Part shown: positions 36,195-47,860 of the stretch, piece by piece
How the letters are laid out: the number at the start of each line of letters is the position of its first letter
How positions within the stretch are numbered: position 1 is the stretch's first letter
NCBI GenBank assembly: GCA_013265495.1
Contig: MU062119.1
Coordinates: 744,001-808,000 of the forward strand
Length of the DNA: 64,000 nt
Reading direction: 5' to 3'
DNA from: Vicugna vicugna
Taxonomy: Eukaryota
Notes under the pieces: model-generated
What the model saw: the letters and a program-made list of their open reading frames with translations, nothing else
What the model was told of the DNA's origin: nothing
Databases searched by the model: none
Translations under genes and position numbers: made by a program

Positions 36195-36440
36195 TATTGA
36201 TTCAATCATCTATTTCTTTCGGTCAACAAATATTCTCTGAGCACTTAGTCTGTTCAAGGCATCTTGTGGTGAATGGGGCATAATTCCTGCCTTCATTGAA
36301 GTGATAGTCTAGGGAATTTCAGGGTAGTGTGATAGAGCCTGGGGGCTGTGGGAGCTTGTAGGGAGGCACTTAAATCTAGTTGTGGATGTTATGGAAGGCT
36401 TCTCATAGGAGATGAGGTGCAAAATGAGACCTGATGGACC
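36195..36440 (-). mobile_element. L2 3' end
   Basis: TCAACAAATATTCTCTGAGCAC...CCTGCCTTCATTGAAG...AGTCTAGGG...GGAAGGCTTCTCATAGGAGATG. Confidence 0.75.
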
Positions 36441-36459
36441 AATAGAAGTCCTCATTTTA

Positions 36460-36554
36460 GGGGGACAGTAATAGCTCAATGGTAGAGTGCATGCTTAGCA
36501 TGAAGGAGGTCCTGGGTTCAATCCCCAGTACCTCCATTAAAAAAAAAAAACAAT
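36460..36554 (+). mobile_element. Vic-1-type SINE, short poly(A) form, inserted in a MIR
   Basis: TAGCTCAATGGTAGAGTGCATGCTTAGCATGAAGGAGGTCCTGGGTTCAATCCCCAGTACCTCCA + poly(A); 17-bp TSD TAGAAGTCCTCATTTTA (36443-36459) / TAGAAATCCTCATTTTA (36555-36571). Confidence 0.93.
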
Positions 36555-37527
36555 TAGAAATCCTCATTTTAAAAATGAGAAAACTGATTTAGACAGTTGA
36601 AGCAACCTGCCATGCTACAAAAATGCAAAAAACAAAGAGGAAGCCAACCCATGTCTGCCTCTAAGGGCAAAATAACATAAATGAATGTTTCTAATGGAAG
36701 GTCACCTGCTTATATGCCTAATATATTTTGAATTTTTTGATTGAAATATTTGTATAGAATTATATTTTATATCCTCTACCTAAGTAGGCTAGGAAGTTGG
36801 TTTTTTTTTTAAATTTTCTTACTATAATTCACTCACATATTTCTCAGATAATTCCAAGGCACTTTGCTTATCCCTAAGGAGCACACAAGCAAATTCTACT
36901 GTGCCCCTGTGCTCTGGACTCATGGTCTGGTTGAGAAGGCTATGATGAAGATAAGGATAGAACTTCTCAAATCGTGCCCTGTGCAATAAGGGAATAAGAA
37001 ATTCCTTCTGGTTTGTATAGAGAGTATAATTAAAAGATTTGGATTGACCTAATGAGATAATATTTGAGTGAGATCTTAACAGTAGGAGGCAAGGGGAAGG
37101 ATCAACCTTGTAAGCAAGCATTCAGGTAACACGACACTACATTGTGATGTTACATTTCGAGTGTGATTTTGATTGTGATGCTTTATCATGGTGAAGTGCT
37201 ATGTCTGCTGTTGGGTTTTTCTTTCTTTTGGTTATCAGCTATATCTGTTTCAACAGCCATTTTCCTATCAGCCAGCTAACGTGAATGCTTACCGAGTTTG
37301 CTGTTTGAACTTGTGTTTGCACTGGAAAATTTGATAACTCAACTCATTGAAGCATATGGTAGATTAGATAATAGTTCAAAACCGCACAAAACACAAATGA
37401 GAGAGGTGTCTGAGCTTAAGGTAACACAAGGGCCCTGATGATGCTCTGGGGCATTCATGCCTTTGTAAAAATGGGGCCATTTGTTACTCACGGACCAATG
37501 GATTATGGCCAGGCAGGAAGAAGTGTT

Positions 37528-37714
37528 CAGAGTTACTAGATCTTCTGATTTTCAAAGAGAAACCAGAATTTGTGCTTTTTTGGTGTGTGTAATCTAAAAA
37601 ACTATAAGTGTTGGCAATAAATTACTACTTCAAAATATACGCTGTGGAGCAATTACAGTTAAAAATAATCTGCAGATCAGATCCTACTTACAAGCCAACA
37701 GTTTGCAACTGCTG
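37528..37714 (-). mobile_element. Charlie4z-like hAT MITE
   Basis: AGATCTTCTGATTTTCAAAGAGAAACCAGAA ... GTTGGCAA ... ATCTGCAGATCAGATCC ... CAGTTTGCAAC. Confidence 0.7.
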
Positions 37715-37721
37715 GCCCAGT

Positions 37722-37995
37722 AATAATAACTGAACAGAGCTTTTGAGCACATTCCTAAATGTCTTATTCATATAACTATTTTAATTCTCACAACAAAACT
37801 TTGGAAGCAGAGTGGTAATAACGATGATGACGATGATGAAGAAGGTGATGGTGATGATGATGTCTGTTTTATAAATAAAGAATTGAGACACAGAGAAGTT
37901 AAGTAATTTCCCAAGAACATCAAGCTATGAAACAGCAGAGTCAGCATTCAGTCTGAAGCAATCTGGCTTCGGAATTTGTGTTCATAATCATTATA
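37722..37995 (-). mobile_element. MIR with internal (GAT)n tract at 37822-37862
   Basis: TTTAATTCTCACAACAA...[GAT]n...GAATTGAGACACAGAGAAGTTAAGTAATTTCCCAAG. Confidence 0.85.
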
Positions 37996-38189
37996 TTACA
38001 ATGTTTCTCAGAGTAAATGGCTTTTATCTAGGGACCCCTTGACAACTATCAGAGGTACTCGGGGACCTTTTCTCTGATCTTAAGTTTGTTTCAGATAGTG
38101 GCGTGAGAGGTTAAAGTTTAGAGACTTCAGTGAATGCAAGCAATGCCTCACTTTTTCAAGGTTTATTTTCCAATTACATCAAACTGCCA

Positions 38190-38380
38190 AGTGCCAAGAA
38201 CAAAGGGCTTTGGAGGCACGGACTCAAGTTTGACTTCTTGCTCCTCCGCTTATTGGTTGACTGAGTCTTGGTTTCCTCACTTGAACAACAAGGATGATGG
38301 AAACTACCCTGCAGGTTTATCGTAAGAAATAGAAATAATGCATGAAAAATATTTGGCTCAAAATAAGTGCTTGTTAAATT
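38190..38380 (+). mobile_element. MIR
   Basis: GGGCTTTGGAGGCA...TCTTGGTTTCCTCACTTG...AATAAGTGCT. Confidence 0.65.
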
Positions 38381-38429
38381 AGAGACATTATGATCACAAT
38401 GATCATTTCTGGAAAGGCGTTTAACTAAC

Positions 38430-38950
38430 TACATTTAAGACACTATGTTGTGGGGACTCAAATATTAACACCGTGTAGTTCTTGCCATGAGAAAGTTGAG
38501 AAGTCAAGTAGTTAAGTAGAGGGAATGATACACTTTTATAAATTGTGATAGTATAATATGAGGTACTAATAAGAGGTTTACAGCTGAGGATGATATAAAA
38601 GGGAAAGATTAATATCCATTTTAGGAGATCAGTGAAGACTTCTTGGAGGAGGGGGCATTTGAACTGATTTGTTTTTAAAGGTGAGAAAGCTTTGATCAAG
38701 AGGACTTGAGGTTAGAGAGTCACAGATGAAGTGGGATACTGGGAGCAGAGGCACCAAGATGAGACATATGGGCACCCTAAATGTGAAACTAGAGAGTAGG
38801 ATGTGTGGAAGACAATGGCTGTAGGACCATTCAGTTTCAGCCAACAGGTAGCATTGTTGTCTCTCACTGACTAGTCCACAGAAGGTCTGTGTTTTCATAT
38901 TCTCTGGGCTGCAAAGGGGGAATGGAGGGGACAGGTGGCAAGTGTGCAAA
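38430..38950 (-). mobile_element. L2 fragment
   Basis: GATCAGTGAAGACTTCTTGGAGGAGGGGGCATTTGAACTG pattern of antisense L2. Confidence 0.7.
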
Positions 38951-39659
38951 CCAGGGGGAAGGAACTCAATTTCCTGTCCAATCAAGTTTGCCTGACTTGT
39001 GAAGAAGGAATTCCAGTTGGAAAGCCAGATGTCCTCCTGTAAAAGCAGGGGGAAGATGTGTGGAATCAGATTTCTATAAAACAAGTTAAAAATTGGGGTT
39101 GTGAAGGTATCTATTCAGAAGAACCATTTGAAATCAATTGGCTCCATCAAAACCTATAAGACTTTCCTTTGTGCCGAATGGAATGCTCATTTGGAGCGTT
39201 TGCTCTTCACAATGAAGACTAAGTTCAAACCAGAACAGTACTGTTACATGGAAGGAAAAAGTTCAGCTGTGGAGTCATTCACCCTGGGATCTGAATTCTG
39301 GGTCTTTTCCTGACTAGCTCTAAGAACTCAAACAAGTCTCTCAGCTCCCATCTCCACATCTATAAAATGAAGATAATATTTATCATTTTTTAATGATACT
39401 GTAATTAAACATTTTATGAGGAGATGTTTATAGGATATGGGTGTAGTAATGTGGTGTGGTATTGCCTGCAGCATGGTGTCAACTCCGTATCCATTCTCCT
39501 TGATGTATAGTCTGAACTTGGTGTCTCTGATATAACATGCTGATGTATGTCCATCACCTCTTTCCAGATTCCTTCAGGCTACATCCCTATCTCTGCATGC
39601 TTCCAATGTATGATTTCAAATTCCATCCAACTGCAGTTAAGGATAGGCATGCCTAGGCA

Positions 39660-39870
39660 AAAACAGTAGGGTACAGGGGAAAGAACACGGATTTAAAGTC
39701 AAAAGTCATGGATTCTTCATGTTGGCTTTACCAATAAATGTGACCTCGGACACATTGCGTTACCTTTTTGAGCCTCAACTTCCTCACCTGGAAAAAGGTG
39801 TGAAGAAATAAGACAACATATGTGAAAGCATTTGCTACAGTCCAGGCAGTTAGTGCATGTATAAGGAACA
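39660..39870 (+). mobile_element. MIR
   Basis: GGAAAGAACACGGATTTAAAGTCA...TGTGACCTCGG...GAGCCTCAACTTCCTCACCTG. Confidence 0.8.
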
Positions 39871-40393
39871 ATAGGGGTGTAAAGAAGAAAACCAAGCAAT
39901 TCTTGGCCACTGGGCCTGGACACTGGCTGTCTTGGGGCAGCAGAAATTGTTGGAAATGAAACAGAAGGATTTGCTATAGCTTCACTAGCAGATGATGGCT
40001 GTCTTTTTATGTCCTTGCTGACAAAATAAGGGCATTTGTTTTTTCCTGACCTACTGTGCTAAGCTCGCCAGGGGCTTTCCAGACAGAGACCAGAATTATT
40101 TATTTCCCAACTACATCCTGTATTTTCCAGATCTGCACCTTTGCCCAGTATGTGCCCTCTAGCTAAAATTCTTTTCTTCAGTATTTGACTATCCCTTCGC
40201 TTCTACTATATATATATACCACTGGAGCTGAAAGCTGAATCTTATTTTTATGTCTCCTATGCTTTCCCCATATCACCTAATCCAATTCTGTGTATGTGGT
40301 AAGTTCCCAGGACATTTTTCCCCTCAGGGAATGGATTAAAAAAATGGATATTAAGAGTGAGAAGATGACTTAGCTATGCATTCTAGTCCAAGG

Positions 40394-40570
40394 CTGTCGT
40401 TTCTCAAACTGAGATCCACAAATCATAGATGGCATTCTGTGAACCACTTGAAAATGTGGGTAAAAATCTTGTGTATAAATCTGAATGTTCATTTTTTCTA
40501 GGTAGAGTATCTATAGCTTTTCTTACATTTTCAAAGCATAACATGATGCACAAAATGCTTAAAATCCACC
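40394..40570. mobile_element. hAT-Charlie-type MITE (subfamily uncertain)
   Basis: TTCTCAAACTGAGATCCAC ... AAAATCTTGTGTAT...CATTTTTTCTAGGTAGAGTATCTATAGCTTT...ATTTTCAAAG. Confidence 0.55.
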
Positions 40571-40711
40571 CTTTCATTTTATGAATGTAGACTAAAGAAG
40601 GTACATATTTTGGCTTAAGTAATACAGTCAGCAAGATGCCAATAGAACGGGGAAGAGAAGCAAGGCTTACTGTTTTCCCTCCCAGAAGCCCTGACAAGGG
40701 TATTGTTACTC

Positions 40712-41036
40712 CTTCATCCATTCACTCATCCATCCAACTATTTCCTATATGGCTGCTCTGTACTGTTTACTCTTTAAAGTGCTGAACTTAAGAGCACTGA
40801 ACTAAGTAGACAGCTATCCTTGCTTTCACAGAGCTTACTTTCTACGGAGAGAGGCAGAAAGTAAACAAATGAACAATAAAACTCATACTGTCGCAGAAGG
40901 TGATTAGTGCCATGGAGAAAACCAATGGTGAGAAAGGAAATGGGAAGTGCCCCTGGGGAGGGGTGGTGCTGGTTCAAATAATGAGGTCAGAGAAAGTCCT
41001 TTCTGGAATGGAGACTTTCGAGCTGTCAGTGAATTA
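40712..41036 (-). mobile_element. L2 3' end, interrupted by Tigger9
   Basis: CATTCACTCATCCATCC...CCTTGCTTTCACAGAGCTTACTTTCTA...GGTGATTAGTGCCATGGAGAAAA...GGTCAGAGAAAGTCCTTTCTGG. Confidence 0.8.
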
Positions 41037-41693
41037 CAGCCAATTCTTGTTATTTGTGGAGTTATGTTCTATAAAGTCACCACGAATACCAAATTAGCAA
41101 ATACAGAACCATTGCTCCCAGTGGGAATATAATGTTAGGCTCCTATGAGCCTCTGTTCACAACACCTTTGTCAACCAATCAATTCATAATCCTGCTTTAT
41201 GTGGGTTTCTGTTTGAAGACATTGTATTTAATATATATTGTTGAATCATTAACATTGAACTCATGCCCAACAGCATTATAATTCATGCCTGAATGTCCTG
41301 AATAAAGCTTATCTAGCACACATATTTTCTCTGTAAGGCACGTCACAGCCTTCTTACAGTTAGAAACACTAGACAGCATTGCCAGACTATGTCTGGAGGC
41401 CATTTTACACAGCAAAGTCATGAATAGAGAGCACAAAAATGCGAAAAACATGGCACTATTAGGCCATGAGACGGACACTCGAAAGTATAAGAACTGAACA
41501 GGAAGCAGAGCATCTTCTTGTACGAACTCAACCGGGGGCATGTGCGATGAGCAGCTAAAATCTTTCATCACTTTGTACATGTCCTTGAATGACCCTGACA
41601 ATGCCCCAAGTATTGATCTGGGGGACTGCAAGTAAATTTTAGCAAGCTGGCGAACTCATAAATATGAAATCCACAAATAACGAGGAACAACTG
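41037..41693 (-). mobile_element. full-length Tigger9-type non-autonomous Tc1/mariner element (657 bp), inserted in L2
   Basis: Terminal inverted repeats CAGCCAATTCTTGTTATTTGTGGA and TCCACAAATAACGAGGAACAACTG (inner 12 bp perfect); TA before and TG after; strand given by the transposase remnant. Confidence 0.9.
41197..41403 (-). pseudogene. Tigger transposase N-terminal HTH (psq/CENP-B-like) remnant, 68 codons open
   Basis: MASRHSLAMLSSVSNCKKAVTCLTEKICVLDKLYSGHSGMNYNAVGHEFNVNDSTIYIK resembles the Tigger transposase N-terminus (KKAV.CL.EKI.VLDKL.SGMSY.AVG.EFNVNESTI); part of ORF 41197..41631. Confidence 0.8.
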
Positions 41694-42829
41694 TGGCTGG
41701 CTTGCTGGGAAATGGAGGTGGTTTCCTGGAAGACTGATTGATACTCACAGGTTTCCTAACTCCCTGCTCAGTGCTATTCACTGTGTTATAGTCTGGGCTT
41801 ATTTTAAACGTTCGTTCCCAATTGCTGTGGTCTAAGAGTTTTTTTTTCTCTAAATTCACTCAAATAGTACTGAGTGGGAAAAGGAAAGAGTGAGAAAAGC
41901 CAGATGCGGAAGCAGAGAAACTTTTCCATCCAGGAGTTGCGTTCAGGCAGACAGCCTGCTTCTATTTCCTGTAGACCTTTAAAGTTGGGGGCCTCAGTTC
42001 GAGCCACTGTGCAGGGATAATTTGTGACTTCTTTCCAATGTAAGTAATTCCTCCTCCCCACCTCACCTCCAAATCCCCAACTCCCCCCCCCCATGAACAT
42101 GGTCCAAAAACATTAATGAAATTTCTTTGCTGATTTGTGACTTGTCCCAAAGAGCATAAGTTCTCTAATTAGGTGCTTTTATTCAGAAAGTTGAGTAATT
42201 TTATGTTGTCTTTAAACCAGATTTTTTTTTCCCCCTGGGTGACGCAATTCCAATTTTTTAACGAAAATCATTGAAAACAGGAATTTTTGTAAAAAGCAGT
42301 TTGAGAAAGACAGTTCTGGAAAACAGGACTCAGCCATGCAGCTTGGCTGTGCTACAGGAAGATGCTGAGTGGCATGGAGGGATTTTATCTAAGCTCAGGA
42401 CTGGGGAGGGGAAGAAACTCAGGGGCTAGACCCAGTTCTACTTGTACACCCCATGTGACCTTGGGCAAGTTTCTCTCTTTCTGTGCTTCCATTTCTTCAT
42501 TGGGAAATAGGAGATTGGATACACTATAGGGTAACTCCCAGACTTAGTCTTCTGGGATACTGGAAAGATAAAATAAAATAGAATAATAGTCTTTATCTCT
42601 ATCCATTAATTTATCAGAAAAATATTTTGAAGTATATTTCGAGGCTGAGTTTGTTTCTAAGAAAATCTTGCTGAGACCTAAAAAGTTTTAGAGTTTTTAG
42701 AATTTTAGAATCTGTAGTGGTTTTGAGACCCCATCAATGTACACTGAATGTCTGTACTTACATAGCCATGATGGTCCTGGTAACAAAGTCTACATTTCTT
42801 TACACAGAAGCTAAGATCTTCTATGCTCT

Positions 42830-43285
42830 AACTCTTGCTTATCAATTCAGACTCACCCCTCCTCCTCCCAACCCCTACCCTTTACCACTTTTCACCCTAT
42901 GTCAAACCATGTGGAGTTTTCCTTCGGTCCCCTCTCTGCATCAGGCCTACTCACCTTTGCTCTCTCTTTGGAAGACCTGTTTCCCACTTTGTTCTTTTAG
43001 GAGAGGCTTGTTTGTTCAACTTTTAAGAGTCTGCTCGCATCTCATCCCTTCTGTGAAGGCTTTCAGGATTTTGCCAGATATATATGGCTTCTTCTGCCCC
43101 CTACCAGTGGAAAGTTCCAGCAAAGTGCTGGTAACTTGGATAAACTTATTTATTTATACCCTCCTTTTATTTGCTAAACTGTGAACCTCTAACATACATA
43201 TGTGCCTGCTTCCCTAGCCTCTAGGGAAGTGATTGATACCTAATTCTCAGGAATGCTTGATGAATGAAGAGTGAATGAATAAATT
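42830..43285 (+). mobile_element. L2 3' end
   Basis: CTTCTGTGAAGGCTTTC...AACTGTGAAC...CCCTAGCCTCTAG...GCTTGATGAATGAAGAGTGAATGAAT. Confidence 0.7.
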
Positions 43286-43388
43286 CAGGATAAAAAAAAG
43301 ATGTGGAAATTGAAGCATGATTATTTCATTACTTACCCTAAATTATGGGATCAACCTCTACTTAACACTAGCCATGAAGAATATGCAC

Positions 43389-43547
43389 CTAGTATTGCCA
43401 GATCTTCCAATTTTTCAAGAAAAGCAAAAAAAAAAAATCTGAATTTTTGTTCAAAATATTACTATTTTTAATATTGGCAAGACATTTAAAATTATTTAAA
43501 ATCTAGTCTGGCGCATATCACATTGGCCCCCAGGTATACAACCTTTG
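43389..43547 (-). mobile_element. Charlie4z-like hAT MITE
   Basis: GTATTGCCAGATCTTCCAATTTTTCAAGAAAAGC...AATCTGAATTTT...ATATTGGCAA. Confidence 0.65.
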
Positions 43548-44749
43548 GCCTAAGAGAAAATCCGTCTTCCTCTGCAAACAATCTATGCCTTTCCAAGCTT
43601 GTCTCTGCCTGCCTATATTCTCAACTTTATTTTTACCCACTCTTGGCAATCGCTTTCTTTTCTATCGTTCTTTGAGAACAGCTCATGCTTCTGTTCTGTA
43701 AAACCATTGCCTCTACTTTTCCTCTTATGGGCTTTTCTTTTCATCTTCAGTTGGAAAAATTCTCTCATGTTTTAATGTCAGGTTCACACGTCTTAACTTA
43801 TTTCTTGTGAGACTTCAACTCCATAGAAAAGGAAAGCCTTTCCTCTAGGATGTAACAGAACTCTGAGGGGACAGCTATCATCGTTTTTGCTACCATACAT
43901 TATAGCCACTTGTCTGAAAGCTATTTTAGAGCATCCTTTTATTTACCTACTTCTTGAAAATATTTTGAATCTATTGTGCCAGGTACCGTGTTCCTGTTAA
44001 GGATTTGGATGTGAAATCAACATTGCCCCAGTTTCTAAAATGCTCACCATCTAACAATAAAAAGGACAATCTCGTATTTATCTCTGAATCTTTAGCACCT
44101 GGCCCGAAATAATAGGGGCTCAACAGAGGCAATTAAATGAGTCAAGTAAACAATGCTAATTTTCTCAGCATTTATCATGAACAATATACTCTGAAGGAAG
44201 CAAAAAATGTCCTTGGTGTCTGGTAAATAATAGATACTACATAAGTATTTGGAAACATGGGTAAGGCATGAAGCCCCCCTGGATTTTTGTGATCTGCCTG
44301 GGAATCCATCTATATACTATGCTGTATACTAATACATCTACATCTGTATAGTAATGGAAAATAATAATTACATTTGAAGTCCCATATAGGAAGTAGGTTT
44401 TAAGTGTTACAGAAGTTTCATATAATGAAAAGGAACCATGGAATGGTGTAGTTAAGAGAGGCTCCAATAAGAAGGTAGGTTCTGAGTTGTGAGTTAAAGG
44501 ATTAATATGTATATTATAGTTTGTATCTGCTAATCCTATACTTCAATTTATAAAAGGATTCATATGATTGGGTTGGAGAAAAGGTGTAGAGTAGGTGATG
44601 TCTACAGAGACTGATGGGGATGTAAGAATGGGTAAGGCTTGTCTGAAGGTGAGTAAAGGAGACTCCAACAGGGGGATGAACGCTTAATGAACATGTCTTA
44701 TGGGCCACCCATGCTCGTGCACACATCATACACAATTATCTCATGTCCT

Positions 44750-44878
44750 TCCAACAGCCAGGCTGGAAGCTCATGAGGACAGGGACCTATTTGGGTCATC
44801 AGTGTTCCCCACACTAAGCGCTATGTCTTGCACAGAGTAAACACACAACATTCACACTTGAGTGAATGAAGGACCCTA
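44750..44878 (+). mobile_element. L2 3' terminus
   Basis: GGCTGGAAGCTCATGAGGACAGGGACC...TTCCCCACACTAAGCGC...GAGTGAATGAA. Confidence 0.75.
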
Positions 44879-44960
44879 TGGAGTAGATATTCTTGTCCCC
44901 ATCTTACAGAAAAGGAAACAAAGTTCAAAGATGGACGATGACTTTCCCAATGCCCAAGCC

Positions 44961-45082
44961 TTTAGTCAAATGTGGACCATACCATCAGCATCTCTTGGGA
45001 ACTTGTTAGGAAGGAAAATTCTTCAGAACCATGGAATTTGAAATCCAAGTGGTTCTGATGTACACCAAAATTTGAGGCCTAC
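44961..45082 (+). mobile_element. MER5A/B fragment
   Basis: AAATGTGGACC...CATCAGCATCTCTTGGGAACTTGTTAG...GTGGTTCTGATGTACACCAAAATTTGAG. Confidence 0.7.
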
Positions 45083-45391
45083 CCTTTCACGGGAGAAGGT
45101 GGCAGTGCAAGTTCTCTCTGGCTTAAATTCTTAAATTATGGTCTGTTTACAGCTGAAGAATTATTTGACTACATTTCCTAAAGTTTGTTTTATGAAACAT
45201 TTTCTAATATCCCCAATATTAATAAATATTATATAACAAAATTAAAATTTCCATGTCCAGATATGTTTGGGAAACACTGGGTTTAGCAAGGTTAAAAGGG
45301 TTTTTTTTACTGTAGAGTTTGTATAAGACTTTAAAGTGCATTGTATCGTGCATCTCTATCATGGGAATGTGACTCTCCAGCCTTATATAAG

Positions 45392-45645
45392 GCAGTATAG
45401 ATTAGTAGTGAATGTGGGCTTCGGTGTCTGACCCTTTGCATTCAAATTCTTTATCCTTGACTGTCTTTGTGACCTTGGGCAGTTCTGTTACCAGCTCTGT
45501 CTCTCAATGTCCTCATCTGTAAGTGGATAATAATAATTCCTACTTTATGGAGGTTTTGTGGAGATTAACTAAGATACTACAAGTAAAACATTTGTCATAA
45601 TGTCTGGTATATAGTTAGCTTAAAATAGAAGTTAGCCATTATAAT
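45392..45645 (+). mobile_element. MIR, near full length
   Basis: TGTGACCTTGGGCAG...CCTCATCTGTAAGTGGATAATAATA...GTGGAGATTAA...TGTCTGGTATATAG. Confidence 0.85.
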
Positions 45646-45669
45646 TATTCTCAATGTCAATATTTTTGG

Positions 45670-46275
45670 AAAATACTGCAGATTGGCTCACTCAGCACCC
45701 ATGTCAGCCCCTTTCTAGGGTGTCTTCCTACATTGGCTGTAAATCTAAAACTGCATTCGCTAGACGTCCTTGAACTAAAGTGCAGTGTTTGAATTAGGTT
45801 ATGCCAAGCAGACATACTTCAACGAATTTTAGAAGAATGAGGCAATGAAAGGAGGCAGCCCAGGATGACTGAATCTATGGGGGAAGTTGAGGCAGAAGCT
45901 TTAATGTCCCGTTTTAGCATCATGAGTCCCCTTTGGCAGGTGGTAGCAGTGACAGTGAGGTTTCTGCTGCCTATAGTCTCACTACTCAAAGTGTGATCCT
46001 CAGACCAGCGTGGGCATCACCAGAGAGCTTGTTAAAAGAGCAAACGCTTAGGCCACATCCTAGACCCTCTGAATGGTAATTTGTATTAATACCAGAAGAT
46101 TTGCATAATGTTGAAGTCTCAGAAACACTCACTGGAGTCCTATGGGCCGTTCTTACGGTGTAGCTAGACACCTTTACTGGCTGCATTTAGCACTTAACAT
46201 TCAGTTATATAACACTGTTTCTGTAAAACTCTTTCTGCCCAGATTAGCTGGTATGGGTTCTATTAACTGCAACTG
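45670..46275 (+). mobile_element. old MLT1-type LTR interrupted by MER5A1
   Basis: GCAGATTGGCTCACTCAGCACCCAT start; 3' end ACTCTTTCTGCCCAGATTAGCTGGTATGGGTTCTATTAACTGCAACTGAAAG. Confidence 0.55.
45983..46130 (+). mobile_element. MER5A1-like hAT MITE
   Basis: CTACTCAAAGTGTGATCCTCAGACCAGC...CATCACCAGAGAGCTTGTTAAAA...TTAGGCCACATCCTAGACC...AGAAACACT. Confidence 0.75.
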
Positions 46276-47519
46276 AAAGTTTGACCATATATCCGCAAAA
46301 GTCATTTGGTGGGCGGAGGGTGGGGGTTAGCGCATGACACTTTTCAAAGCGCTTTTGTTAAACAATAGGAAGTCAAAGGCCACTGATGTAATATGGGGCC
46401 AGATTTCAGAGGGAAGTCTACTTTCATTCTCTTGAATCTGTTGCTCATAAAAGCAAAAGGAGCTTTGCATTAGCAAGTGCAAAAATCTTCAACTGACAGA
46501 ACTGGATTGTGTTTAAAACAATCTGGAAATTTTCAGAGGAGGCACTAACTTGTTTCCATGCATTTTAGGCAAACATTTACTTCTCCTTACAGAAACCTTA
46601 CTTCATATGTGCAAACTGTCTTGGTTAGTTACAGCAAGATGCTGAGGTCATGTGTTAACAACTGACCTAAGCCAGTTGGGTTAAACACACATCTTAGATT
46701 CTTTTTGGTAGAAAGCAGGAGGTTCAAAGAGTTTGGGGTGGGAGAGCTTTAGCTGCTCCCCCATAACTTTGCTACCATGTTATTCTCAAAGCTAATCTCA
46801 GAACAAGTTCTTCCACACATCTAAACATTTCATAAAAAACAAATATATCATCAGCAAGCTGACACCAAAGGGTTCGTACATGTGTTTTCTAAAGTTGAAG
46901 TTCCAGCTCTTTGTCTTTTCGGGTTCTGTAAACAGAATTTTGAATAAAATGTGGCTCCCAAGGCAAACATAGTGACTTTCCAGAGGGAGGATTCTGTGAC
47001 CCTTTCAGTCAACACCAACCATCAGGGTTAAAGGTGGAGGCACCATCCTTATGAGTTACAGCCTGTAGGTCTTGCTGGATTCTTACATCCTGCACATGCC
47101 AGAGTAGGGAGAATCTCTGAAACATATCAGCCAAGTCTTACACATTTCACCAGGGGGAGCCCATTCTAACACTGGTCTTGGTAATTATCCAACTACCAAT
47201 TCTATCAATTAAAAACATTTATGACATCCACGTTGTTAGATAACAAAGCCGTGGAACTGATTTTAGCTGTGTTGTTATAGGTGCTTCTGGACTACAGCCT
47301 TTCTGATGTAAAGCCAGCTGATAACCTTTGCAATACATAGTCTTGATTAGAATGCTTGTGGAGACCTCTGGGTTGTAGTTTTTGACCTTAAGGCATGCAC
47401 ACATAATTTTACATTATTTATGATGTGTAAATTACAGACAGTTTAAAAGCATGGGTGTGGGTTTGTTTGAACAGGGCTCTAGATTAACAGAGAAACCAAG
47501 TTTCAGTCCTAATAAAGAA

Positions 47520-47860
47520 TTTATTAAATCATTCCTTTACTCATTGATTAGTGAGCCATGTACTGTATTCTGAAGTGCAGGGATAAAAAAGTGGTCCCTG
47601 CCTCAAGGAGGGCAGAGTCTACAAAAAGGAACATGCAATGAAAATAATATGGCGGGAACCACAGCAGGTGAGCCCCAGGTGCTACAGTCACATTGATGAT
47701 GGGTGGAGAATGAAATGGGTGATGTCTCTGAGGAAGTGACTTCCCTGGGAAATTGACATCTAAGGTGAGTTTTAAGGATGAGCAGAAGTTTGCCAGTCCA
47801 TACAGGAAGACAGAGGTGGGTGGTGGTGATAATGTTTCAATAGTGGTGGCAGTGTGCTTT
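47520..47860 (-). mobile_element. L2 3' end
   Basis: GTGGTCCCTGCCTCAAGGAG...CTTCCCTGGGAAATTGACATCTAAGGTGAGTTTTAAGGATGAGCAGAAGTTTGCCAG. Confidence 0.8.

Noticed and set aside
38629-39084. 151-aa ORF (likewise 42717-43184, 57880-58281, 52940-53344, 61649-62065)
   Set aside because: These lie within decayed L2 or LTR copies; stop-poor by base composition, with no RT or other domain motifs
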